64,000 nt of DNA from the NCBI GenBank assembly GCA_951406725.2, contig OX597818.1, forward strand, positions 61,070,001 through 61,134,000. The letters run 5' to 3'. Below the pieces are notes generated by a model. It had not been told where the DNA came from. It ran no database searches and worked only from the letters and a program-made list of their open reading frames with translations. A program made the translations under genes and the position numbers. Shown piece after piece: positions 51,051 through 63,099 of this stretch. The first letter of the stretch is position 1, and each line of letters starts with the position of its first letter. This DNA is from Octopus vulgaris. Taxonomy: Eukaryota.

Positions 51051-52468
51051 AAATTCATAAATCCTAATTTACATGACCAATGCTCAACCACTGAACTATG
51101 GAGACAATGACGGTGCCCCAGCATGGCCACAGCTCATAAGCTGAAACTAGAATCAATCAAAAATCAATCATATTCTTACTTTATTAACATGTAAAATACC
51201 TTATAGTTAGTGTGTACTAAATGTCATCTTATGTGTTGAGGTCAGCCCTGATTGAGCAGACCTCTTATAAAAAAGCAGTCCAGCTGTTAACATCTCGTTT
51301 TGTTTTTTCCATTTTTAAGACAATAATGGTTTGATTTATTCTCTTTTTTACTCTTTTACTTGTTTCAGTTATTTAACTGCAGCCATGCTGGAGCACCACC
51401 TTTAGTTGAGCAAATCGACCCCAGGACTTATTCTTTGTAAGCCTAGTACTAATTCTATCGGTCTCTTTTGCAGAACTGCTAAGTTACGGGGACGTAAACA
51501 CACCTTAGACTAGAGATAGAGTTTGGCTGCTATTTCTTGCAAGTTAAGTGACCGTGCAGAGGCTTTTTTGTTGGCTTGTACTTTCATTGTATGGCAGCTA
51601 TTAGTAGGTGTAAACTGTAACTAGCCATGACTATCTTCCACCTTCAGAATTGTGCACAATAATCAGTTTTATATATAGAATCTAACTCAGTGATTTTCAA
51701 TGGAGTTGCTTCTAAATATACAAAACTAGTTTCTACAGATGTCATTCCATTCTTCTGAATTTAAATACAATAAAAAGAAATGTATGTAAAATATGTAAGA
51801 AACAAAAATGTACAAAAACAAAAAAATTACTGGATGTATTATTACAGGATTAGCTTATAATGAACAAAAAAAAATATTTGATGAAAATAGAAAAAAATAC
51901 CTACATCAACTGTGGTTATGGAAAAAATATATTTCACTAATTTGACATGAATGATAAATATGTGACTGTTATTGTTAATAACTTTATCCAAAAGAAAGAA
52001 TACATTTCATTGTAAGTCAAAAATGTTTAGTCAAAAACAATGTACGTTACCTATAATACTACTTATAGGTAATACAACATTTTATTATCATTTTACATCT
52101 TTTGTTCTTAAATCTTATTCTTGATATCAAAATGCTTTTCCTTTCAAAGCTAAAAACAATGTCTTAGATATGAATAATATTTTTTTTTCCCAAAAAAAAT
52201 TCCATATATATTCAATGCTCATAAATTTATGCATTCAATACAAGATTCAATACAAAATCATATGTTTATATTTTTGAGGTGAATAATTAACCACAGCAGC
52301 ATTGACCAAATTATTAGTACCAGCTTTTGTGTTTATATCAACACCAGTTTTCCAACAATATATTCTGCGTTGTCTTATATACTACTCAACTATGATCTAC
52401 TCTACAGATACGCAACAACTGTTCTTTTAAGAGAGATTTGGCAGTGATATTCAAACCTCAGACATTCT

Positions 52469-53203
52469 TTAACCCTTTCGTTACCATATTTCATTTGAGA
52501 TGATCTGTGTTTCTTTCAATTAACTTTTAAATATAACAAAGAATTTAGTAAAATAACTTAGTTATCATTAAGCTTGTGTTAGGAACATAAATTGTGACTA
52601 AGGTTTGCTGGAAGATTTTAATTCAAAACTTATGAAAACAAGAAATTTGTACTACAAAGCCAGAGGTGGTTTCAGCCGGGTTGGTCACGAAAAGGTCAAG
52701 AACTGTTTCTCTATTGTATATTTTTACCCTTTTGTTAGGATATTTCTCTTGAGATGCTCTGTGTTTCTTTTAATTAATTTCAAATATAGCAAAGAATTTA
52801 GTAAAATAACTTAGTTATCATTCAGTTAGTGTTAGGAACATAAATTGTGACTAAGGTTTGGTGGAAGATTTTAATTCAGAACTTATGGAAACAAGACATT
52901 TGTACTACAGAGCCAGAGGCAGTTTCAGTTGGGTTGGTATCAAAGGGTTAAGGATTGTTTCTCTATTATATATTTTAACCCTTTTGTTACCATATTTCTG
53001 TTGAGATGCTCTGTGTTTCTTTCAATTAACTTTTAAATATAACAAAGAATTTAGTAAAATAACTTAGTTATCATTAAGTTAGTGTTAGGAACATAAATTG
53101 TGACTAAGGTTTGGTGGAAGATTTTAATTCAAAACTTATGAAAACAAGACATTTGTACTCAGAGCCAGAGGTGGTTTCAGCTGGGTTGGTAACAAAAGGC
53201 TAA
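52469..53203. mobile_element. piggyBac-type MITE, tandem trimer (~253-bp period)
   Basis: Units start with CCCTTT at 52473, 52727 and 52979 and end GGT(A/C)..(G/A)AAAGG; same family and same spacer as 25772-26253. Confidence 0.88.
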
Positions 53204-53896
53204 GGATCTTCTCAAATGAAACCAGCAATAATCTTGCCCACTGTATCTACCAACTTTTATCAATAGCCTTAATCAAACGATTAATTTAAGCAAATAATTC
53301 ATAACATCTTTCATTAAGAAATTCAACAAGCAATATTTCTTCTGTCTATACTTTATCTTTTATCAAAATATTATTTCGGCTACGTCCATTTTATAGTAGT
53401 AGTAGTAGTAGTAGTAGTAGAATGCAGACAAAATTCATTCTGTAGATTAAGATAAACCGTTTCAAATGTTAAGTTGACTTGTGAATAGTTTATTGAATGG
53501 AAACTGTGTGAGTGTCTTTTGGACAATGATGGATATATTTGCTGTTAATAATTAACTATCTTTTTCTAATGCATTAATATTAGATTAGGCATTATTATTT
53601 GATATAGATAAATTTCATCATCAGCGCTGCATGGAAGTACATTGGAATGGAATGGAAATTTAAAATGTATTGTTTTTCATTGTCTAAGATTGGGAAAAAT
53701 CTATTGTCTTGCAATCACCATAACAAAAACTCACGTCAATGTTGAAAGAATTCACAAATTTCTACCACAAGCAGTTGTTTATTTTCATAACTCTTTCTCT
53801 TACCACCCGTGTCTCTGTAATGTTGCTTATGTAAAATGAAACACATGAGAGTGATACAGCTTTCCGATCTATACAGGGTGAGCAGTACTCACCGAA

Positions 53897-53928
<32 letters not shown>

Positions 53929-53934
53929 CATATA

Positions 53935-54315
53935 TCGATCAATGAAAATTGCAGATGTGTTACCAGTGCCGGTGGCATGTAAGAGAACCTTCCGTTTCGC
54001 GACCGTTGCCAGCACCGCCCCGTTTCGTGTCCGTTGCCAGCCTCGCCTGGCCCTCGTGCCAGTGGCACATAAAAAGCACCATCCGTTCGTGGCCGTTTGC
54101 CAGCTCTGTCTGGCACCTGTGCGGGTGGCACGTAAAAAGCACCCACTACACTCACGGAGTGGTTGGCATTAGGAAGGGCATCCAGCCGTAGAAACACTGC
54201 CAGATTTGACTGGGCCTGATGAAGCCTTCTGGCTTCACAGACCCCAGTAGAACCGTCCAACCCATGCTAGCATGGAAAACGGACGCTAAACGACGATGAT
54301 GATGATGATGATGAT
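53935..54315 (+). mobile_element. Family C retroposon with several 5' tandem units
   Basis: Repeated ccgttgccagc..tggc.c.tgtgcc.gtggcac.taaaa units, then ggttggcattaggaagggcatccagc and a (GAT)n tail; flanked by (TA)n. Confidence 0.82.
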
Positions 54316-54407
54316 ATATATATATATCAACTTAACTGTGGAAACATGTCTGACCCATACTAGGAAGCAAATGTAAAACAATGATGAGGATATACAGAAT
54401 ATAATCG

Positions 54408-54750
54408 AAGGCGCATGGCTCAGTGGTTAGAGCGTCGAGCTTACGATCGGGAGGTTGTGAGTTCGATTCCCAGACTGGGCTGCATGTTGTGTTCTTGAGC
54501 AAGACACTTTATTTCACATTGCTCCAGTTCACTCGGCTGTAGAAATGAGTTGTGACATCACTGGTGCCAAGCTGTATCGGCCCCTTTGCCTTTCCCTTGG
54601 ATAACATCAGCGGCATGGAGAGAGGGGAGGCTGGTATGCATGGGCGACTGCCGGCCTTCCTTATACAACCTTTCCCGGACTTGTGCCTCGGAGGGTAACT
54701 TTCTAGGTGCAATCCCATGGTCATTCATGACCGAAGTGGGGTGGGGGGAG
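54408..54750 (+). mobile_element. SINE family D
   Basis: gaaggcgcatggctcagtggttagagcgtcgagcttacgatcgggaggttgtgagttcgattccc head. Confidence 0.87.
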
Positions 54751-54906
54751 GGGGGGCGTTTTCTCTTCTCAATCAAAGTCCAATTTGATATTCAGAATGA
54801 TTGAATTTTCTCTCATTCATCAAAAATATAACATTTATCATTGAATACAGCATAACCAACTTTAGAGATGCCATTACAGATGCTTATACGAAGCAGAAAT
54901 ACTTAC

Positions 54907-55185
54907 ACTTAACTATGAGTTGAGCTACTCGAGTGACGACCTTGCCGTATCCATTATATGCCGAACACGTGAAAGTCCCAGCATCAGTTCGTGACAATTC
55001 GTAGACAGTTAAAGAAGAGCTGCCTTTATCGTAAGTCTGCCGAGTTCTTGACATATCGTAGCTGTCTCTTGTCCATCCAACCATATTGTCACTCATAGGG
55101 TTCGCTTCAGCTATACACTCCAAGTAAGCAATGCCTCCTTCATCTTCGATGACAGGAGTTGAAATGTGTGTGATGTTAGCAGCAT
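54907..55185 (-). CDS. NPHS1: Nephrin-like receptor exon: complete Ig domain
   Basis: Acceptor ccttttattacag|AT and donor T|gtaagt; 279 bp, phase 1/1. YAANITHISTPVIEDEGGIAYLECIAEANPMSDNMVGWTR...RTDAGTFTCSAYNGYGKVVTRVAQLIVK. Confidence 0.93.
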
Positions 55186-55273
55186 CTGTAATAAAAGGAA
55201 GAGAAATTTAAAACCAAGTCGAAGATATTTTAGTAAACTGCTGTGAAAAGACTGCATGTTCAATTTTCTATTT

Positions 55274-55836
55274 CTATTTCTTCAATACCCACAAGGGGCT
55301 ACGCACAGGGGTGATAAACAAGGACAGACAAATGTATTAAGTCAATTATACTGACCCCAGTGCATAACTGGTAGTTATTTAATCGACCCCGAAAAGATGA
55401 AAGGCAAAGTCGACCGTGGCGGAATTTGAACTTAGAACATAGCGGCAGACGAAATACCTATTTCTTTACTACCCACAAGGGGCTATGCACAGGAGTGATA
55501 AACAAGGACAGACAAATGTATTAAGTCAATTATACTGACCCCAGTGCATAGCTGGTAGTTATTTAATCGACCCCGAAAGGATGAAAGGCAAAGTCGACCT
55601 TGGCGGAATTTGAACTCAGAACGTAGCTACCAGTTATGCACTGGGGTCAGTATAATTGACTTAATACATTTGTCTGTCCTTATATCGACCCCAGTGTGTA
55701 ACTGGTACTTATTTAATCTACCTCGAAAGAATGAAAGGCAAAGCCGACCTTGGCGGAATTTGAACTCAGAACATAGCGGCAGATGAAATACTGCTAAGCC
55801 TTTTGCCCGGCGTGCTAACATTTCTGCCAGCTCACC
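55274..55836 (-). mobile_element. SINE family B multimer with an internal 55-bp inversion
   Basis: Head at ~55836 and three tandem body segments; 55627-55681 is the exact reverse complement of 55320-55374. Confidence 0.85.
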
Positions 55837-56194
55837 ATATTCAATTTTCAAATCACTGGAACAGTACGTATGGTATTGGGTATGTTCCATTGATGTTATT
55901 GGATAATGAGTTCAAATACTTCACACATAAGCAGATAAGACATGGATGGCATATTGCCAAGATAAAAATAGGGAAATCAAATGTGTGGTGATTATCATTG
56001 ATGAAAAATGTATAGAGGCTGTGAATCAGATCAAACGATTTTATGGCCCGTATTGTTTCAGAGATTATACCAGCAGTGATAAACCAGTTGTTGGACAGCA
56101 AAATATCTGGTTTCATTTTTGTAAATGCCGAGTAATAAAACAGCTAGAACTAAATGGAAATTTCTTCATCATTAACGAAGAACAATGACGCAGT

Positions 56195-56407
56195 AATTAC
56201 TCTTTACTCTTTTACTTGTTTCAGTCATTTGACTGTGGCCATGCTGGAGCACCGCCTTTAGTCGAGCAAATCAACCTAAGGACTTATTCTTTGGAAGCCT
56301 AGTACTTATTCTATCGGTCTCTTTTGCCGAACCGCTAAGTTACGGGGACGTAAACACACCAGCATCAGTTGTTAAGTGATGTTGGTGGGACAAACACAAA
56401 CACACCA

Positions 56408-56465
<58 letters not shown>

Positions 56466-56790
56466 AGTGGTTGGAATTAGGAAGGGCATCCAGCCGTAGA
56501 AACAGTGCCAGATCAGACTGGAGCCTGGTGCTGCCCCTGGCTTCCCAAACCCCGGTCGAACCGTCCAACCCGTGCTAGCGCGGAAAACGGACGTTAAACG
56601 ATGATGATGATGATGATGATATATACGTTGGGCTTCTTTCAGTTTCTGTCTACCAAATCCACTCACAAGGCTTTGGTTGGCCTGAGGCTATAGTAGAAGA
56701 CACTTGCCCAAGGTGCCACGCAGTGGGAGTGAACCCCAGGACAATGTGGTTGGTAAGCAAGCTACGTACCACACAGCCACTCCTACGCCT
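56195..56790 (-). mobile_element. SINE family A with nested family C fragment (56463-56618)
   Basis: A tail at 56195, (CA)n(TA)n tract, C fragment ending (GAT)n, A head ending at ~56790. Confidence 0.87.
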
Positions 56791-57389
56791 ATAAGGTAAT
56801 ATTATTTATTAGGTAATATTATTTCTTTATTAGGTAATATTATTTCTTTAAGACTAGTTCAAAGTTGGTTTTTAAGAATATCTTTCATAAGAGTTTTATA
56901 CAAAATGCAACTAAGTACATTTTGAGATGCAACAATTAGCCTGCAACATTTGTTTGTGTTGAATGAAAGCAAAACAGGGATGATGTTGATAATATTTTCT
57001 GAAATGCTGAGATTAACTCTAACTTGAAAAGAGAAAACAAAACAGATAACTATTTTAAAATAAATTTCCCTATGGAATAATTTTCAAAGATTTCCAGAAG
57101 CTTTTGTAAACTACAGATATCAGAAGACTAGATTTCAATCCACTGATAACACTAAACATCAACAGGTACAGAGATGAAATAAATAGATAAATACAATCAC
57201 AGATGCTAAGCTTTGACATTATTTGAAAAAGAAAAAAAAAAAAGAAAAAAAGAAGGAAAAAAAAAGAAAAAAGAAAACTACAATCTTGATAATCATACAA
57301 ACAATAAATGCTAAACTTTTACATTCCCAAGTTAAGCTTTGAAGTTTTGAGTCATAGTTATATTACATTAGGACCGACATCCAAAATAA

Positions 57390-57429
57390 GCACAACAACA
57401 ACAACAATAACAACAATAATAATAACAAC

Positions 57430-57485
<56 letters not shown>

Positions 57486-57637
57486 TAATAATAATAGTAA
57501 TAATAATAATAATAATAATTATGATAATAATAATGATAATAATAATAATGATGATAATAATAATAATAATAATAATGATAATAATAACAATAATAATGAT
57601 GATAATAATATTAATAATAATAATAATAATAATAATG

Positions 57638-57689
<52 letters not shown>

Positions 57690-57851
57690 TAATAATAATA
57701 ATGATGATAATAATAATAACAATAAATAATGATAATAATAATAATAATGATGATAATAATAATAATAATAATAATGATAATAATAACAATAATAATGATG
57801 ATAATAATATTAATAATGATAATAATAATGATAATGATAATAATAATGATG

Positions 57852-57891
<40 letters not shown>

Positions 57892-58005
57892 TAATAATAA
57901 TAATGATGATAATAATAATAACAATAAATAATGATAATAATAATAATAATGATGATAATAATAATGATAATAATAATGATGATGATAATAATAATAATAA
58001 TAATG

Positions 58006-58039
<34 letters not shown>

Positions 58040-58049
58040 TAATAATAAT
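57390..58049. repeat. Long (AAT)n/(GAT) compound microsatellite, ~660 bp
   Basis: Direct reading; source of the poly-Ile, poly-Asn and poly-Leu ORFs. Confidence 0.97.
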
Positions 58050-58323
58050 ATCTAGAACACTACTAGTCTCTTCTTTTACACAGAATGTATAGTTAGTTTA
58101 TTAGTGAAATATTTATGGAACGTCTAGAATTAGAGCAGCTTCCATTGGCTCCCTGCCATACATTCACAAACTGCATTTGAATCCTCTGTATAACACACAC
58201 ACACAAAATAGAAGAAAAATAGCATTTTTTTAAAAAAGATGGAAACTTTAATTCCTCTTTTTCTCTCAAAGTCTTGAAAGTTGCACAAATCAAAAACCTA
58301 AAACCAAGATTAAATATTAAAAC

Positions 58324-58324
<1 letters not shown>

Positions 58325-58362
<38 letters not shown>
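58325..58362. repeat. (AG)n microsatellite
   Basis: Direct reading. Confidence 0.95.
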
Positions 58363-58367
<5 letters not shown>

Positions 58368-58603
58368 GAAAAAAAAACAAGTGAATAGAAATCTCCAAGG
58401 CCGAAAAGGAAGACTGAATAAGGGGAGAAAGAGAGAGAGAGAGAGAGTGAATGAGAGAGATTGAAAGAAAGAGAAGACAGTAAGTCTATGTACTTATTCT
58501 GTTTAAATCTAAGCTGACACCCAACAAATGAACATTGAGAATTAGCAACATTGGGCTCCAGGAAGTTGAATAACAAGGGTAATGCTCTCCAAAAGCCATT
58601 TAA

Positions 58604-58990
58604 TCTCTCTATACATAAAGCTGAAGTTGTCTGAGTGTGGCAGGTTTGGTAGCCTTCAACTAACAATCCGAGACCCTGCTGTGCAAGTTGACCAAAATTG
58701 AGAGTATGATAGAAGAAGGCTTGCTCTTCCTTCCATAGAAGAAAAAATTCAAATCGAACCATGTTAACATCAAAAATTATTTACGTAAAAAAGGTGCTTT
58801 TTTTCTATGAAAAACCTTATTTTTTTACGATTTTTTGACAGCTGTGTCGCCATTTTTTCAGTGTATTTCATTCAGAAAAATGTTCACTTAAAGAGAATAA
58901 CAAACTACATGATGCAAAAGTTTTACTTTTCAAAAATTCCAATTCTAAAGGGTCTAAACAAACCCGAGCAACGCCGGGTGATACAGCTAG
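58604..58990 (+). mobile_element. Non-autonomous Helitron, apparently complete (~387 bp)
   Basis: 5' A|TCTCTCTATACATAAAG; 3' hairpin CCCGAGCAACGCCGGG (58963-58978) followed by CTAG|T; inserted between A and T with no TSD. Confidence 0.8.
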
Positions 58991-59306
58991 TATTATTAAA
59001 AATGTTCCACACAACACACCCAGCAGGACAAACTGGTGTAGGTTGTATGACACTTTCATGATCCTTCTTTAGTGAGTGAACCACACTGGATCACAGTACT
59101 AATCCTTAACTCTTCGTTCCGCTGTGGTGGGCATCAAACTATGTTACTTCTGGATATTTTGTAGATGCAATCAGGGCTCTGTGATTAAGAAGCTCCTTTC
59201 ACTGTCGTGTTGTTCTAAGTTTAGACCTTCTCAATGGACACCTTGGGCAAGTATCTTCTATCATAGATTTGACTCAACATAAGCCTTGTGAACGGAGTCA
59301 AAGTCA

Positions 59307-59610
59307 CATCATCATCATCATCATCATCATCGTTTAGCGTCCGCTTTCCATGCTAGCATGGGTTGGACGGTTCAATTGTGGTCTGGGAAGCCAGAAGGCT
59401 GCACCAGGCCCAGTTTGATCTGGCAATGTTTCTACAGCTGGATGCCCTTCCTAACGCCAACCACTCCATGAGTGTAGTGGATGCTTTTTACGTGCCACTG
59501 GCACAGGTGCCAGACGAGTCTGGCAAACGGCCATGATCGGATGGTGCTTTTTATGTGCCACCGGCACGGGGGCCAGGCGAGGCTGGCAATGGCCACGAAT
59601 GGATGGTGCT
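59307..59610 (-). mobile_element. Family C retroposon
   Basis: (CAT)n cgtttagcgtccgctttccatgctagcatggg... followed by tandem 5' units. Confidence 0.82.
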
Positions 59611-59895
59611 GAAAATTTCCTTGAAATTTAAATGGTACATGGTTCGATTCTACTGTATGCCACCAAGAGCAAATGACTTCCAACAAAGTATTAGGTCAAT
59701 ACAAGCCACGGGTGTGAAATTAGGGTAGGTGGAAATTATGGGGAAAGCTGTTAAAACCATAAGTGTTTTTGGACAGTCGATCAAATGTTTCAACTAAATT
59801 AAGATCAGTTTCACACCTTGCAAAGGTCACGAGTGCAAACTGTCCACTTCTGACTAAGCCACAAAGTTGTCTCCTTTTTTTTTTAAATAGACATA

Positions 59896-60245
59896 CAGGT
59901 GCAAGTGTGGCTGTGTGGTAAGACGTTTGCTTCCCGACCACATGGTTCCAGGTTCAATCCTACAGTGGGGTATAGTCTTCTACTATAGCCACAGGTTGAC
60001 CGAAACCTTGTGAGTGTAGTTGGTAGATGGAAACTGAAAGAAGCCCATCATATGTATGTGTATCTTTGTGACTGTGTTTGTCTCCTTTCACCACTTGACA
60101 ACCAGTGTTGGTGTGTTTATGTCCATGTAACTTAGCAGTTCATCAAAAGAGACGTGGCAATGGGGTTGAGTTGCTCGACTAAAATTCTTCAAGGTAGTGC
60201 CCCAGCATGGCCACAGTCTAATGACTGAAACAAGTAAAAGATAGA
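59896..60245 (+). mobile_element. SINE family A (diverged)
   Basis: gtggctgtgtggtaag...gactgaaacaagtaaaag. Confidence 0.82.
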
Positions 60246-60616
60246 AAATGAACTTAAACAACAAATAAAACCAGAGTCCCAGGAAATAAGAGATGGCCAT
60301 CACTAGTGAATGACCATCAATGTTTTTAAGTTTGAATAAGTTTGCATTCTATTGGGAGATGTTGAGTTCTGATATTTTGAGCAAAAATTCTTCTTTGAAG
60401 AGCGAAGTTTTGAAGTGTTGAGATAGCAGTAATTGTAAAGAGGCTCAAAAGCCTATTTCTTGGGACAAACAGACAGACATACAGTTAGATGAAGTCAGTA
60501 ATCTAACACAATAAGTAAAGCAGATAGAGAGCACGCATAAAAAAAATAATGTAAACAACAACCTATTTCACATAATTTCATAAAAGACATCAAAATAAAA
60601 ACCACCAAATACTTAC

Positions 60617-60892
60617 AGAGTATATCAACTGTGAAGTTTAAGAATGTGGCACCTTCTTTATTAACTGCTTTTATTTGATAATCCCCACTGTCTTTCTGCT
60701 TAACTTTGGTTAAATTCAAGAGGCCATCATCATCAAGAAGGAAATTTCGAGGTAATTTCAACACACGGCCATCTCGCCATAAGCTGAACCTCACTTTCTC
60801 CGGATTCGCTCTTACACTAAAATTCACGGATTTCCATTCATCTTCTAAGATGCTGATTTTGTGGGGTATCAGTGTATTGAAGACTGGTTTAA
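60617..60892 (-). CDS. NPHS1: Nephrin-like receptor exon: cysteine-less Ig-like domain
   Basis: Acceptor tgtttcag|TT and donor T|gtaagt; 276 bp, phase 1/1. FKPVFNTLIPHKISILEDEWKSVNFSVRANPEKVRFSLWRDGR...GLLNLTKVKQKDSGDYQIKAVNKEGATFLNFTVDIL resembles the atypical ANP-containing domain of nephrin. Confidence 0.92.
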
Positions 60893-61709
60893 CTGAAACA
60901 GAAAATCAAAATATTCAATTATTAATAAACACGGTTGTATTTATTTCAAAACATTAATAATTTGATAATGTTAAATATTTGATTACTAAAAAGTAAATTT
61001 TTTTCTATCATATTTATTTCTACATTAACAAAGCATTTCATACAGAGCTTTGATAAAATCAAAATTATTTCATAGCTAGCTATGTATCATACATAATATA
61101 AATACACAGTTGATAGGCCAGTTACAGCAGTATTTGTCCTGAAATGGCATCTTTTATGGATATGCTGTGTTAATAGCACACTATCAAAAAGAGATGAAAA
61201 TTCATCTCAGCAGCCAGTGCATAATTGGAACTTATTCAATTGACCCTGAAAGGATGAAAGGCAAAAGTTGACCCCAGCAGAATTTGAACTCTGAATGTAG
61301 TGGCAGATGAAATACTGCTAAGCATTTTACCTGGCATGCTAACGACTCTGCCAGTTTGACAGCTTAAATATGGAATAAATAAATAATAATAATAATAATA
61401 ATAATGGAACAAAGTTTGGCACAAAGCCAGCAATTTGAGGAAGGCAGAGGAGGCTAGTCGATTATCAGGTGTATTTTGGCTTTTTGGGGGCCTTTTCAAT
61501 GGCATGTATTCACAGCCAGCCATATACAAAATTATGAATAAAAAAACATTCCCTGATGTTGCACAAAGCTAAAAGATAAAATTAAACAACAAAATATTGC
61601 ATAAACGGTGGTGCATCAGCATGGCTGCAGCTCTGTACCAGGAATCCAGTACCAGAAAAAAAATGAACATTAGAATGAGCCCAACTTGATAAGGAATTCT
61701 TTAACTTAC

Positions 61710-62012
61710 ATAATATATCGAGAGTAATTCCGTCGTTAACAGATTTATCCACTGCATGATTTATAGCCCGACATCCATAAACAGCCATGTGGTCATCAGG
61801 TGTAGGAATAATTTCCAAAATATTTATGGTTATTTTCCCACCATTGCTGCCATTCATCAGAGCAAGATTGTTGCCCTGCAACCTTTGGCTATTATGTAAC
61901 CAGATAATTTCAGCTTCAGGATTACTCGAAGAACATTCGCAAGTAAGGGTATACTTCTGTCCAGCTCTAGCTTGATCTGGTTTGGTTGTAATGTTTACCG
62001 ACACTGGTGGAA
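61710..62012 (-). CDS. NPHS1: Nephrin-like receptor exon: complete C2-type Ig domain
   Basis: Acceptor ttttcaag|TT (less common AAG) and donor T|gtaagt; 303 bp, phase 1/1. FPPVSVNITTKPDQARAGQKYTLTCECSSSNPEAEIIWLHN...DHMAVYGCRAINHAVDKSVNDGITLDIL; the C-x-x-x-SSNP-x-x-x-I-x-W pattern is typical of nephrin/Sns. Confidence 0.93.
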
Positions 62013-62228
62013 CTTGAAAAGAAAAAATAAAGAAAAGAAAGAAAAAATTGTAATTTGAGCCCAATAAGAGACAATTGTAATTATGGTTTTCCTTATTAAC
62101 ATATTAGTTGTGAATATTTGAATTACCTTTCATTATAGGCATGAAAAAATTGTGGGAAAAATGCAATGGTTAGGAAATATTAAAAAGGAAAAAAAAAACA
62201 GGTTGCTTTTGTAAGCAATCTTACTCAC

Positions 62229-62393
62229 AGAAGACTTTTAGCCGTATTTGTGTCTGTAAAGGTCTGACAGTTGCATTATTTGTAGCTTTGCAAACATAGA
62301 TGGCGCCATTATCTTCAGGCTTGATAATTACATTCAAGTCAGCAGAAGCAATGTTACCAATTATCTTGTAATCAGAATCTAAACGACGACCTC
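62229..62393 (-). CDS. NPHS1: Nephrin/Sns/SYG-2-like IgSF receptor, exon encoding the C-terminal half of an Ig domain (earlier exons lie outside the window or were not found)
   Basis: Acceptor ttttttcttag|GA and donor T|gtgagt; 165 bp, phase 1/1. Translates GRRLDSDYKIIGNIASADLNVIIKPEDNGAIYVCKATNNATVRPLQTQIRLKVF, with the D-N-G-x-x-Y-x-C F-strand motif. Absent from the ORF track. Confidence 0.9.
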
Positions 62394-63099
62394 CTAAGAA
62401 AAAAAGAAAAAGAAGACAAACATAAAATAAATTATCACACAGAGGAAAAGTAACAAATATAGTGAGTGTATTTATAAGGAGAATTCTAATTAAACATCAA
62501 TATTTGAATTACATCACCTAAAAACACTGCTGAATGACTGAAATGATTCATAACAATCGAAAAACATTAATCATAAAGCACAATAAAACCAATACGAGGC
62601 CATTCACGTTCATGCGTGATTCCAAAATTCATCGATGTCATACGGAAAGGAAATGCAGCTTGCTGGAACAGAGCTTTCTTTCTCGTTTAATGGAACCAGA
62701 ACTTGCAAGACAAGTTAATCTATAGAAAAGTTACTTCTTTGGGATTAAAACTGAAGAAAATAGAAATATATTTATTTATGTATTCAAAGACAAAACACCT
62801 TTCATTTCTTAATGCCAACTTAGAACTATCCTACAGATTATAATGCTGTGTCATTTTGGAATGTTGGTCTGATTAGCAACTCCGGTTTAGTAAGATCTTA
62901 AAAAATAAAAGTATGTCAAATGATAATGGAAGAAAAGTATCGGTTTATATTGTTGTGTCTGGCGAGAGTCATTTTCTTTTTTGTGCCTTATCATTTAACA
63001 CACTCACCGGTAAAATTTCCACTTTTTTCTTATTTATATTGTCCTAAAATTTTCGTTGCGTCTTGCAACCTTTTCAATAGTTTTGACTCATAGGTTTAT

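Noticed and set aside
54408-54480. Possible tRNA genes (also at 3841, 33217 and 46500-46579)
   Set aside because: The tRNA-like heads run directly into repeated SINE bodies, some with TSDs, and lack a proper acceptor stem.
57308-58055. Long ORFs (207, 188 and 108 aa) of poly-Ile, Asn and Leu
   Set aside because: Translations of the (AAT)n microsatellite; no coding signal.
63042-63085. Hammerhead-like motif on the minus strand: TTGAAAAG-GTTGC-AAGAC-GCAAC-GAAAATTTTA
   Set aside because: Stem II and GAAA are present, but the CUGANGA core is altered at C3 and G8 and no stem I pairs. At most a relic in another repeat.
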